In this document: positions 28,296-37,857 of the stretch, piece by piece
How the letters are laid out: every line of letters starts with the position of its first letter
How positions within the stretch are numbered: position 1 is the first letter of the stretch
Source: a virus
IMG/VR virus record: IMGVR_UViG_3300020185_000024
Span: 26,667 to 90,666 of that record
DNA length: 64,000 bases
Strand: one strand, 5' to 3'
The notes under the pieces: model-generated
Told to the model about the DNA's origin: nothing
The model's input: the letters and a program-made list of their open reading frames with translations, nothing else
Database searches by the model: none
Translations under genes and position numbers: made by a program

Positions 28296-28940
28296 ATGAT
28301 AAATTTAGATTTAGGAAATGTAATTAAAGCTTTACTTCCAGTTGGATTAGGAGCATTATTAATGTTCTTATTAATGCAAACTTGTAATAGCAATAAAGAA
28401 AATGTTGTAATATCTTCAGATAGTACGCTAACCATAATTTCAGATACTATTATAAACATAGATTCTATAATAACTTCTGTAAATAATCCAACTATCATTG
28501 ATACATTACATGATACAAATTATGTAGATCGTTGGTTAAAACCTGAAAGTATCCATGACACAATTAAAGATAGCATCTTTATTCGTATTCCTGTTTTGGT
28601 ATATTCTGATACCATTAGAACAAACAGTAATAATACCTTATGGTATAAAGCTATTGTGGAAGGAGAACTTAGAAAAATAGATTTAGGAGCTATTATTTCA
28701 GATACTATTATCAGAGATACAGTTAAAATTGTAATTAACAATATCGAAGATAAAACAGACTTATATATAGGAGCAAGACTCAGATATGATTTTATAGGCA
28801 GTAATATAGACCAGATAACTATTCCTTTAGATTTAAATTTAAAGAACAGCAAATGGTCTTTCAATGTTTCACCTGGCTATAATATTGCAAATCAAGGATT
28901 TACATTAGGCGGAGGAGCTTCTTATAAGCTAGGCAAGTAA
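28296..28940 (+). CDS. Spanin-like envelope protein
   Basis: N-terminal TM ending in Cys, D(S/T)-rich stalk, amphipathic C-terminal beta strands; directly after the endolysin. Confidence 0.55.
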   Translation: MINLDLGNVIKALLPVGLGALLMFLLMQTCNSNKENVVISSDSTLTIISDTIINIDSIITSVNNPTIIDTLHDTNYVDRWLKPESIHDTIKDSIFIRIPVLVYSDTIRTNSNNTLWYKAIVEGELRKIDLGAIISDTIIRDTVKIVINNIEDKTDLYIGARLRYDFIGSNIDQITIPLDLNLKNSKWSFNVSPGYNIANQGFTLGGGASYKLGK

Positions 28941-28955
28941 ATAAGTATTTTTTAC

Positions 28956-28963
28956 TACCTTTG
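28956..28963 (+). promoter_or_regulatory. Putative -7 promoter element (TACCTTTG)
   Basis: TAnnTTTG match in the intergenic gap before the phosphoesterase. Confidence 0.6.
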
Positions 28964-28988
28964 TTATATTATTAATTAAAACTAAAAT

Positions 28989-29906
28989 ATGAATTTAGAG
29001 CAAGTAATAAGGAAAATGGAAGTCAATAAAAGTTATTTAGAAAATGGCGCAGGTTATTTATCTAAAAAATTTAATTGTCGACCTGACATAATCAAAGAAG
29101 CAAAACAAATAATAAGAAATAAAAGAAAGACTCCAGAAATTAACGAAGATTTATTTAAAGAATTTTTAGAATATGCTAACGCTAAAAAGAAAGATCAACC
29201 TAAAAAGAAAAAGAAACAAAAACAATTGCCTCAGCCTTATCAAGGAGGAGATATAGATAACGTGTTAGTAATAGGAGACTTGCATGAACCATTTTGTTTA
29301 GAAGGTTATTTACAACATTGTAGACATGTACAAGAAGAATTAAACTGTGGAACAGTTATATTCATAGGAGATGTAATAGATAATCATTTCTCTAGTTATC
29401 ATGAATCAGATCCTGATGGATTTGCTGCAGGTCAAGAACTAGACAGAGCTATAGATAAAATAGCAGATTGGCATAATGTATTTCCCAATTCTACAGTTCT
29501 CATAGGTAATCACGATAGACTAGTATATAGAAAAGCTACCACAGCAGGAGTATCTAGAAAATGGGTGAGAGACTTAGATGAAGTATTGGAAACACCTACT
29601 TGGACTTTTGTAGAAGAAGTTAATCTTCATGGTAACAATTACAATCATGGAGAAGGCGGTACAGCAAGAAATAGAATGAAAGTAGAACATCAGTCGCAGA
29701 TACAAGGACATTTACATTCTCAAGCTTATGTAGAATTTTCTGTAGGACCAGATACTAGAATATTTGGAATGCAAGTAGGATGTGGAATAGATAGAAAATC
29801 TTACGCTATGGCTTATGGGAAAAACTTTAAAAAGCCTATTATATCTTGTGGCGCAGTCTTAAATAAAGGACAACACCCGATAGTAATACCAATGAACTTA
29901 AAATAA
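28989..29906 (+). CDS. Calcineurin-like metallophosphoesterase with N-terminal HTH-like extension
   Basis: GDLH, GDVID, GNHD, HG and GHLH motifs all present. Confidence 0.88.
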   Translation: MNLEQVIRKMEVNKSYLENGAGYLSKKFNCRPDIIKEAKQIIRNKRKTPEINEDLFKEFLEYANAKKKDQPKKKKKQKQLPQPYQGGDIDNVLVIGDLHEPFCLEGYLQHCRHVQEELNCGTVIFIGDVIDNHFSSYHESDPDGFAAGQELDRAIDKIADWHNVFPNSTVLIGNHDRLVYRKATTAGVSRKWVRDLDEVLETPTWTFVEEVNLHGNNYNHGEGGTARNRMKVEHQSQIQGHLHSQAYVEFSVGPDTRIFGMQVGCGIDRKSYAMAYGKNFKKPIISCGAVLNKGQHPIVIPMNLK

Positions 29907-29912
29907 AAAACA

Positions 29913-30617
29913 ATGAGTGATATCACACCTAACAAGATTATATTTGCTACTAGAGAAGACATTAGGAGTTTATCTGATGATTCTAATATAGATGATAGAA
30001 ACATTCTATTTGAATGGAACAATCAAAGAGCATTATACCTTAGAAGAAGTCTAGATGCTAATAGCAGAATAATAGACGAAACCCTTATTCAAGATTTAGG
30101 CTGTGTGGAATTAGAATTAGCTCCTGCAGAATCTTGTTGTGATTTTGATAGCACTTGTAAAATAATAAGAACAAAGAAAGAAATTCCTGCTCCACTTTCA
30201 CTAAGAGGTGCTACAGGATTAACCAGGATAGGCTCTATAGATAAATTTTATAGAAACTATTCTATAGTAACTTACGAGAAAGCTTTATACTCAGGCAATG
30301 GAAGAGCTTCTCAACTTGCTGTATATGGTTTTTACTTAAATGGTAGAGTGCATTTAGTATCTAAGAACCCATCATTGTACAGACAAAAATGGATTAATAT
30401 CAGAGGACTATTTGAAAATCCAGAAGATATCAGCTCATTTACCACCTGTGATGGAGATCCATGTTTTACATGGGACAGTCCATATCCTATTACAGCAGAT
30501 ATGGTGGCTATATTAAAACCAGAAGTAGTTAAAATATTATTACAGAGATATTCTGTTCCTACTGACAGTTCTAATAATTCTAATGATGACACAGGTAAAG
30601 TAGTAGCAGGTAGATAA
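29913..30617 (+). CDS. Putative tail ring protein
   Basis: IRGLFENPE and YPI motifs; syntenic with crAss-like ring genes. Confidence 0.65.
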   Translation: MSDITPNKIIFATREDIRSLSDDSNIDDRNILFEWNNQRALYLRRSLDANSRIIDETLIQDLGCVELELAPAESCCDFDSTCKIIRTKKEIPAPLSLRGATGLTRIGSIDKFYRNYSIVTYEKALYSGNGRASQLAVYGFYLNGRVHLVSKNPSLYRQKWINIRGLFENPEDISSFTTCDGDPCFTWDSPYPITADMVAILKPEVVKILLQRYSVPTDSSNNSNDDTGKVVAGR

Positions 30618-30626
30618 AAATAAAGA

Positions 30627-31133
30627 ATGAGAATAATATCAGATTACGGAATAAGAGATTATTATAAATACTATGATAAAAACTATTGCGAACAAAAAAC
30701 GTTTAACGCTTATAATGTAGGAGAAAAACTATATAAAGAAATATTAAGAGCTTTCCTAAAAGAAGTAGGAGAACATATGATACAAAACAACTTAGAATTT
30801 AAAATGCCTTCTAGGTTAGGAGTACTATCAGTTAAAAAGTTTAAGCCTTCTTTTAAGACAGACGGAAATGGAAAACTAATTACTAGGTTTCCTATAGATT
30901 GGAAATCTACAAATGACTTATGGGCTAAGAAACCAGAACTAAGAAAAAAGAAATTCATTTATCATTTTAATCTTCATACTGACGAATACAGATATAAGTT
31001 TAAATACGATAAGCGAACAGCAAACTATCCTTGTAAAAATGTTTACATGTTTAAGTTTGCAAGACCTTTAAAAAGAGAATTAGCAGCTAACCTTAAGAAT
31101 CCTAAATTCAAAGGAGACTTTTTTAAATTATAA
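30627..31133 (+). CDS. IHF/HU-like protein conserved in the crAss-like tail block
   Basis: FKMPSRLGVLSVKK and PIDWKST..LW motifs, C-terminal FKFARPLKREL. Confidence 0.7.
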   Translation: MRIISDYGIRDYYKYYDKNYCEQKTFNAYNVGEKLYKEILRAFLKEVGEHMIQNNLEFKMPSRLGVLSVKKFKPSFKTDGNGKLITRFPIDWKSTNDLWAKKPELRKKKFIYHFNLHTDEYRYKFKYDKRTANYPCKNVYMFKFARPLKRELAANLKNPKFKGDFFKL

Positions 31134-31135
31134 TT

Positions 31136-31846
31136 ATGCATAACGGAAATTTCATACCTTTAGCTTCTACAATAGAAAAACTATTTAGAGATAACGATTA
31201 CACCCAAGAAGTAGAACCATATGAAATATATGAATGGGCCTACGAAGTATTGGACTATATTGGAGCACCTGAAACTTATAAACCTGCCTTTCATGATATT
31301 GTAGTATCTAAGTCTAGAGGAAATCTTCCGTGTAATACAAAACAAATACAAGCTACTTTATGGGTTGATAAAAAACTACCTATGAGATATGCTGGAGATT
31401 TAATGCATAACTATTATCATTGCGAAAACTCAGAAGATACTACTTGTGACTCAGATGCAACTTATACAGTTACTAATGGTTACATATTCACTTCATTTAA
31501 AGAAGGTACTGTTAGAATGGCTACTTTAGATTATTATGCTGATGAAGATGGCGGGCCATTAATTCCAGATGACTATAAAGTAATAAGAGCTGTGTCTGAC
31601 TTTGTTAGATATAAAATTGATTATAAGCTTTGGAGAAAAGGAAAACTCAATGGAGATGTATTCCAATATTCAGAAAGAGAGTATTTACATAGCATAGGAG
31701 CAGCTAAAACAAGACTTGCTATAGGAACTTATGATCAAATGAGATCTATAGCTAATAACAGCTTAAGATTAATTCCTAAGCTTAATGATTGGGAAACCTT
31801 TTTCAAACATACAGGCTCACAAGAAAAAAGAAATAATTTAACTTAA
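31136..31846 (+). CDS. Tail tubular / ring protein (P22 gp4-like by synteny)
   Basis: GNLPC, YIFTSFKEG and DEDGGPLIPD motifs; precedes the muzzle gene. Confidence 0.7.
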   Translation: MHNGNFIPLASTIEKLFRDNDYTQEVEPYEIYEWAYEVLDYIGAPETYKPAFHDIVVSKSRGNLPCNTKQIQATLWVDKKLPMRYAGDLMHNYYHCENSEDTTCDSDATYTVTNGYIFTSFKEGTVRMATLDYYADEDGGPLIPDDYKVIRAVSDFVRYKIDYKLWRKGKLNGDVFQYSEREYLHSIGAAKTRLAIGTYDQMRSIANNSLRLIPKLNDWETFFKHTGSQEKRNNLT

Positions 31847-31847
31847 T

Positions 31848-34800
31848 ATGGCTACAGCAAGACATACTTACTCAGGAGGATTAGATTCTGATACTAGCAA
31901 TCTAAAATTTCAAGCTAATAAGCTTAGAGAATTAGTAGACTTAAGAATATATACAGATCAAGGAGAAACCTCTTTAGCATTATCTTCTGTAAAAGGAAAT
32001 GTTAAAATGTTAGAGTTGCCTTCTATTAGAACGATTGCTATTAAAGATGGTGTGTATAAAGGAGATACATTGCCGTCAGGTCATAATGTATTACTAACAG
32101 AAAGTTCTCTACCTAAATATCATAGAGGAAAAATTATAACTACTACTGCTAATAGTTCATCTGGAGTATATAATGGCAACATGCTACAGTACTCTTATTA
32201 TTATAATAAAGATACTTTAGATTTAGGTAATAGCTTTATTAGTAAAAATGACCATAAAATTATTGGTTGGACTACTATGAGAGATGATTTAATTGTATTC
32301 TCATCTACTAGTTCATCTTCTGCGCCAGACTCGACTGCAAGATTTTGCATATGGAGAATAACTTATGATGATGATTTAACCTATACAATTCAAATGATGT
32401 ACGTTGGAGCAATACCACACTCTACATACTACATGCTTGAAACACATAGCAGACATGAAAACAATAAAGTAGAAAAAGTATATTGGACAGATGCTAAAGA
32501 AACTGTAAAACATTTTAACTTAGGAGCTGACAGCCCCCATGATATATCAAATAGCCAATTAGAATTTACACCAAACGGAGATTATTATGCTCCTAAATTT
32601 GTATCATACCTTCCTGGAGAACCTAAAGAAAAAGGTATGGTACAATATGCATACTCTCTATTTAATAGATCAGGTGCCGAGAGTAAAATATCACCTTTAT
32701 CTTTACCTATCTATGTTAAAGATCAACAAGTTTCATTTTCATTTTGGGCAGATTTAGCTTTTAATAATGCTAGAGTGTATAGAGTTCATTATGCTAATAG
32801 TACTGACATTCCTACTGTAACTTTAATGGAAGATGTTCCTTATATTCCTCAAGAAAATAATTATATAGAAATATCAGACATAGGACAAACTTTAGCTACT
32901 CTCTCTTTAACAGAATTTTCTAACTTAGGAGGAGATCCTAAAGTAGTAGAAACAATAGCAGAAAAAGATAATAGATTATTTCTTGGAGGTATTACAGAAA
33001 AAGAATTTGATTTAGATTGGGATGCTAGAGCATATAGATTTAATTCTTCTAGTAATTGTAAAATATATAAAGCTAACGGAAAATCTACTGATCCTAGCAC
33101 ATATGCATTAGAAAAATCGTTTACCAGCTCTAATTACCCTACGTTAACTGGAACAGAAAGTACATTTGATTGTTTTAATATATCTAATTTAGACTTAAGT
33201 GTTACAGGATACGATGGAAGTTATAAATTCCAATCTAATGGAGGCACTGTAGGAGGAGAAGGTCCTAATATTCAATATCGTTTTGGAACAGGAAAAAGAC
33301 CTTTTGGATTTACTAGAGAAACTGTTCATTCAGGATATTCAAGTTTGTACCAAGACTATGTTCCAGCTAAAGGATACAAAAGAATGGAAATTTATAGATT
33401 TGGCATTCAGTTTTTAAATGAGTATGGTCAATGGTCTTTTGTAAAATGGATAGGAGATATTAAATTTCCTTCTTACCATTTAGATTTAAACGGAGAAGTT
33501 CAAATACCTCATTTAAGTGTAAAATTAAAAAATTTACCTGCAGAATGGAAAGCAGGATGGAAATGGAGAATTGTAAGAGCCAAAAGAAAACAAGCTGATA
33601 GAACTATAGCTACTCAAGGATTTATGATGCAAGGAGTTAAACCTCTTTGGCATATGGACGCTGCTGTAGGAGAAGGAACTAAGCCTGCTCCATATGCTCA
33701 ACCAGAGACATTTTCTTACCCTTTTCATGGTCCTGGATTTCAACAAGGTTATTCATCGCCTACATATCATGGAGCTCTTGTTTACGGTACTCCTTATCCA
33801 GAACAAGAATTTACATCTGATTATGGAGTAAATTATTTAGTTAGTCACGAAGGACATTATATAGATATATCATCAAAAGATGGAGATTATTTTTATCCTA
33901 TAGCGTCTACTCATAATTATAAAACTGAATACAGAACTGAACCTATAGAGTTTAAGACTGATCAAGCTTCATCTGGATTTAAAACGTTTTACCATCGTAG
34001 ATTAGATCAGAAATTGTGGGATAATTTAGTATATCCTGATGATAATGACAAAAAATATACGCCAGGAAACATTGAAAAATTAACAGTTCAAAACAAACTT
34101 TATCAATTAGGAGACTATTCAACAAGAAATTCTATGTGGAATAGACTCCTTTTTTCGCCTGAAGTAGGGTCTGCAGCTACTGAAAGTTATATATGTAGCG
34201 GAACTAATGTTATTGCTTGGACATCTTCAGGATTACCTACTGGAGGAGGAAGCTTTTTAATAGACAAACCTTGCATTATAGATTTTAGAAAAATAGATAG
34301 AAGTCAATATGGAGGATATGCTCATCATCAAAGAGCTAATACTGAATACATACCTTGTTCAGAGCCTTTTACTAGCAACTATGCGTATGAAACAATATAC
34401 GGAGGAGATACTGCTACTGCGTTATGCACTATTCTTAAAGCTTCTTTTGACGAAACTTGGGCAAACAATTATGGGGTGTCTTCTAATAAACAAATAGTAG
34501 AATGCGTATTAGAAACTAGCGTAATTCCAGCTTTTGAAGATTTAGAGAATCAAGACATGTTTGGAGAATTTAAAACTCAAAAAAGTGAATTTTTTAAATT
34601 TGATAGCGTATACACAAAAGAATCAGAATATCCTACATATATTTCAAAACCTATTAATTTTAATGAAGTAACTAACTTTGATTTTATAATTAAAGCCTCT
34701 GAATCTAAATTTAATAATGAAATTATAGACTCGTACACTAGATATTTAACTAATGTATTTTTAGAATTAGATCCCAGATATGGACCTATTAAGAAGCTTA

Positions 34801-35747
34801 TTAATCATAAAGATGAGGTAATGTGCTTACAACATAGCGGAGTAGCTCATATTAGTATCAATCCTAGAGTTCAAACTCAAGCAAACGATTCTAAGTCAAT
34901 TGAACTAGGTTATGGAGGAGTATTGCATGATAAAAAGTATTTAAGTACTAAATCTGGAACATTAAATAAATGGTCTGTATTTTCTACTAAGAGTGCCGTA
35001 TATTATTATGATACTCTTCAAAATAAAATAAAAGTTATAGGCAATAACATGGATATTTCAGATATAAAAAATATTCACGGAAAGCTTAAACAAATAAATT
35101 ATTTAGATGATTATAAATTAGATAGACCTCTACAAGGATATGGAGTAATAGGTCAATACAATAATGAATTTTCTGAAGGATTGTTCGTATTTAAAAGTCC
35201 TCAAATAGTAGAAAGCAAAGTTTTAGCGTTTAAAGAAAGTTTAAATGGTGGTGCTGGAGCATTCTCTGGAGAATATAGATACCAACCTTATTCTTTAATT
35301 CAAGACAATAAAAACTTATTAAGCATAGATCCTGTAACTAAAAACTCTATATATGTTCATAACAGAGGAGATATATCAACTTACTACGGAATTGCGCCTA
35401 AACAATCATATCTACATATAGTTGTCAATGGAGGTTCAGACGTATCTAAAATATTCGATAATTGGACTTTCAACATGGAAGCTAAAGATTCTAGTGGAAA
35501 TGACCTACCTGCTGTACATCCTCACTCATGCAGAGTATATAATGATTATCAAGATTCTGGTATAGTACCTTTTACTAACCTAGGCAATATAGCTAGACTT
35601 CAAAGAACTTGGGAAGCTAATATACCTAGACAACAGAACTCTAGACTTACTATGAGAGGTCCTTGGTTAAATATCATACTATATTTTAATAACGATGACA
35701 ATTATGAATATGTTATGAATGATTTGTATACTACATTTAGATCATAA
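31848..35747 (+). CDS. Tail stabilisation / muzzle protein (P22 gp10-like N-terminus)
   Basis: GGLDSD N-terminus, KVYWTD, KDNRLFLG, WDARAYRF, YRFGIQF..WIGDI, MRGPW; 1299 aa. Confidence 0.8.
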   Translation: MATARHTYSGGLDSDTSNLKFQANKLRELVDLRIYTDQGETSLALSSVKGNVKMLELPSIRTIAIKDGVYKGDTLPSGHNVLLTESSLPKYHRGKIITTTANSSSGVYNGNMLQYSYYYNKDTLDLGNSFISKNDHKIIGWTTMRDDLIVFSSTSSSSAPDSTARFCIWRITYDDDLTYTIQMMYVGAIPHSTYYMLETHSRHENNKVEKVYWTDAKETVKHFNLGADSPHDISNSQLEFTPNGDYYAPKFVSYLPGEPKEKGMVQYAYSLFNRSGAESKISPLSLPIYVKDQQVSFSFWADLAFNNARVYRVHYANSTDIPTVTLMEDVPYIPQENNYIEISDIGQTLATLSLTEFSNLGGDPKVVETIAEKDNRLFLGGITEKEFDLDWDARAYRFNSSSNCKIYKANGKSTDPSTYALEKSFTSSNYPTLTGTESTFDCFNISNLDLSVTGYDGSYKFQSNGGTVGGEGPNIQYRFGTGKRPFGFTRETVHSGYSSLYQDYVPAKGYKRMEIYRFGIQFLNEYGQWSFVKWIGDIKFPSYHLDLNGEVQIPHLSVKLKNLPAEWKAGWKWRIVRAKRKQADRTIATQGFMMQGVKPLWHMDAAVGEGTKPAPYAQPETFSYPFHGPGFQQGYSSPTYHGALVYGTPYPEQEFTSDYGVNYLVSHEGHYIDISSKDGDYFYPIASTHNYKTEYRTEPIEFKTDQASSGFKTFYHRRLDQKLWDNLVYPDDNDKKYTPGNIEKLTVQNKLYQLGDYSTRNSMWNRLLFSPEVGSAATESYICSGTNVIAWTSSGLPTGGGSFLIDKPCIIDFRKIDRSQYGGYAHHQRANTEYIPCSEPFTSNYAYETIYGGDTATALCTILKASFDETWANNYGVSSNKQIVECVLETSVIPAFEDLENQDMFGEFKTQKSEFFKFDSVYTKESEYPTYISKPINFNEVTNFDFIIKASESKFNNEIIDSYTRYLTNVFLELDPRYGPIKKLINHKDEVMCLQHSGVAHISINPRVQTQANDSKSIELGYGGVLHDKKYLSTKSGTLNKWSVFSTKSAVYYYDTLQNKIKVIGNNMDISDIKNIHGKLKQINYLDDYKLDRPLQGYGVIGQYNNEFSEGLFVFKSPQIVESKVLAFKESLNGGAGAFSGEYRYQPYSLIQDNKNLLSIDPVTKNSIYVHNRGDISTYYGIAPKQSYLHIVVNGGSDVSKIFDNWTFNMEAKDSSGNDLPAVHPHSCRVYNDYQDSGIVPFTNLGNIARLQRTWEANIPRQQNSRLTMRGPWLNIILYFNNDDNYEYVMNDLYTTFRS

Positions 35748-35840
35748 CCTAAATCACACTGAGGACAATTAAATAATAAAATTTAATGTAAACCATAATA
35801 AAATTATTAAGTATTTGCATTGATTAGTTATAACTATTTA

Positions 35841-35848
35841 TATTTTTG
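35841..35848 (+). promoter_or_regulatory. Putative -7 promoter element (TATTTTTG) for the ejection-protein operon
   Basis: TAnnTTTG match 5 nt before ATG 35854, with an upstream TTTG at 35814. Confidence 0.5.
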
Positions 35849-35853
35849 CTACT

Positions 35854-37857
35854 ATGAAACCAAAAAGACTATTCAAATCTTCTACTACTAATTATATGTG
35901 GGCAGGAGGAAATCTACCACAAGAGATTAATTTAGGACAATCTAATGCTCAAGGATTAACTGTATCTAAACCTCAATATGAACATCCTGGAAATGCTGAA
36001 TTAACTCAGTATACAATGGATCCTCAACAAATAGCTAATCAACCTATGGCTACAAACGATGCTCAATTGTTTGGTAATCCAGGAGGCGCAGGAGGAGGTT
36101 CTCCAGCAGGAGGAATTGCAAATGCTGCAGGTTCAGTAGCAGGAGTTATATCAGATTCAATAAAAGTTGATCAACAATCTATGGGTAATGAAACCTTAGG
36201 AACATTTAATTATGGAGATGCAAGCCAAATAACAAATAAATCAGCTCTAAAAGGATTTCAAACAGGAACTAAAATAGGTAGCACCTTTGGTCCTGTAGGA
36301 ACTATAGTAGGTGGAGGAATAGGAGCAATAGCTGGTTCAATATCTGGAGGCAAAGAAGCTAGAAAACAAAGAGATGCTGCTCAAGATGCTTATGACAATG
36401 CTGTAGACAATCGCTTTGATAATATAGATGCTCAAAAAGGAAAATATGGAGGCAGACTTAAACAGTATGGTGATGGAGGAAAGCTTGAAAATGCTGGTAA
36501 AAGAGGTATGATGAAAGCTAAAATAGCTTTAGGTAGTGAATTTGGTAATCCAGCAGCTAGAAGAATGACTAGATATAATCCAGATACTTATACTTTTGAA
36601 GATGGAACAACAGGCACTCATTACATGGGCAGCTACGGTAAACACGCAATTCCAGGTATACAAAAAGTAGATGGTAAAATGCAATTGTTAAATGATCCTA
36701 AAAGAGGTCCTGAAAGTATGGAATTTGAGTCATCTGAAGACGCTGAATACTTTGCAAAAAATTATAAAGATGTTGCTCCTATGATGAGAACTCAATTTAA
36801 AGATGGTGGAGATCTTACTGAATTTAATGGCCAGACCCACGAGAATGGAGGTATTCAACTACCTGCTATGGATGCAGAGGTAGAAGACGGAGAAACTTCT
36901 GTAGATAACTATGTATTCTCAGATTCTTTAAGCTTAAATAAAGATATGATAAAAGATTTAGAACTTCCTAAAGGTTTGACAGGTAAGTCATTCGCAGATG
37001 CTTCTAAACATTTAAATAAAAAATTCCCAAGAGAAAACGATATGTTTGCCAACAAAGCCAAAGAAAGATATTTTGAAAGACTTAAAGCTTTTCAAGAATC
37101 TGTAAGACCTAAAGAGCCTAATGGATTATTCAGAGATGGAGGCTTTTTTAAAGATAGAGCAACTAGACAATCAGATAGAGATGTTGCAAGATGGCAAAAA
37201 GAAAATATAGCCAATAATACTGATCCTATAACTGTTAATGCTCCAAACAATCAACGAAGATTGACTATGGAACCTGGAAAAGCTAATGATGCAATAAATG
37301 GAATTTCTAGAATGGCTCCTATAATTACTTCAGGTATTAACTTAGGTAGAAATATGAAGCCTAATGAAAAATTAGATTTAGATATGTTTAATACTTCAGT
37401 TCCTATTGAAGAGAATTTAATAGACAGAAGTAAAATTTATGATGATATAAATATTTCAGCTAGAGCTGCAGATCAGGGTCTTAGAAATGCTTCTGGAGGA
37501 AGTAGGTCTTCTTATTTAAATAATAGACTAGGATTGTTAGATAGAACTTTATCTGCTCAAACAAACGCTAGAATATCTTCTGATACTGCAGATGCTGCAG
37601 AAAAATCTAGAGTAGCTCAATTAAGATTAAGACAAGATGCTATGAACCAAAGAAACAGATATGGTGTTCAAGTCATTAATGATCAAAATGAAGGTGTTAG
37701 AGAAGGTCTTACTCAAGATAGTATAGCTAATCTAGGCAATCAAATGGGAGACTATGGTACTGAAGGATATAGAAGAAATTCTGTAAACAATATGTACGAT
37801 TATAAAGTTGACAGATATGGTAATGTTTATTATAAAAACAAGAAAAAGAAAGACTAA
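35854..37857 (+). CDS. Virion cargo/ejection protein 1
   Basis: Glycine zipper GPVGTIVGGGIGAIAG, THENGG..EVEDGE..YVFSD motif, Cys-free, follows the muzzle gene. Confidence 0.7.
   Translation: MKPKRLFKSSTTNYMWAGGNLPQEINLGQSNAQGLTVSKPQYEHPGNAELTQYTMDPQQIANQPMATNDAQLFGNPGGAGGGSPAGGIANAAGSVAGVISDSIKVDQQSMGNETLGTFNYGDASQITNKSALKGFQTGTKIGSTFGPVGTIVGGGIGAIAGSISGGKEARKQRDAAQDAYDNAVDNRFDNIDAQKGKYGGRLKQYGDGGKLENAGKRGMMKAKIALGSEFGNPAARRMTRYNPDTYTFEDGTTGTHYMGSYGKHAIPGIQKVDGKMQLLNDPKRGPESMEFESSEDAEYFAKNYKDVAPMMRTQFKDGGDLTEFNGQTHENGGIQLPAMDAEVEDGETSVDNYVFSDSLSLNKDMIKDLELPKGLTGKSFADASKHLNKKFPRENDMFANKAKERYFERLKAFQESVRPKEPNGLFRDGGFFKDRATRQSDRDVARWQKENIANNTDPITVNAPNNQRRLTMEPGKANDAINGISRMAPIITSGINLGRNMKPNEKLDLDMFNTSVPIEENLIDRSKIYDDINISARAADQGLRNASGGSRSSYLNNRLGLLDRTLSAQTNARISSDTADAAEKSRVAQLRLRQDAMNQRNRYGVQVINDQNEGVREGLTQDSIANLGNQMGDYGTEGYRRNSVNNMYDYKVDRYGNVYYKNKKKKD

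Noticed and set aside
34309-34497. Alternate-frame hydrophobic ORF inside the muzzle gene
   Set aside because: Leu-rich composition is expected from a frame shift of AT-rich codons; no lipobox or other support
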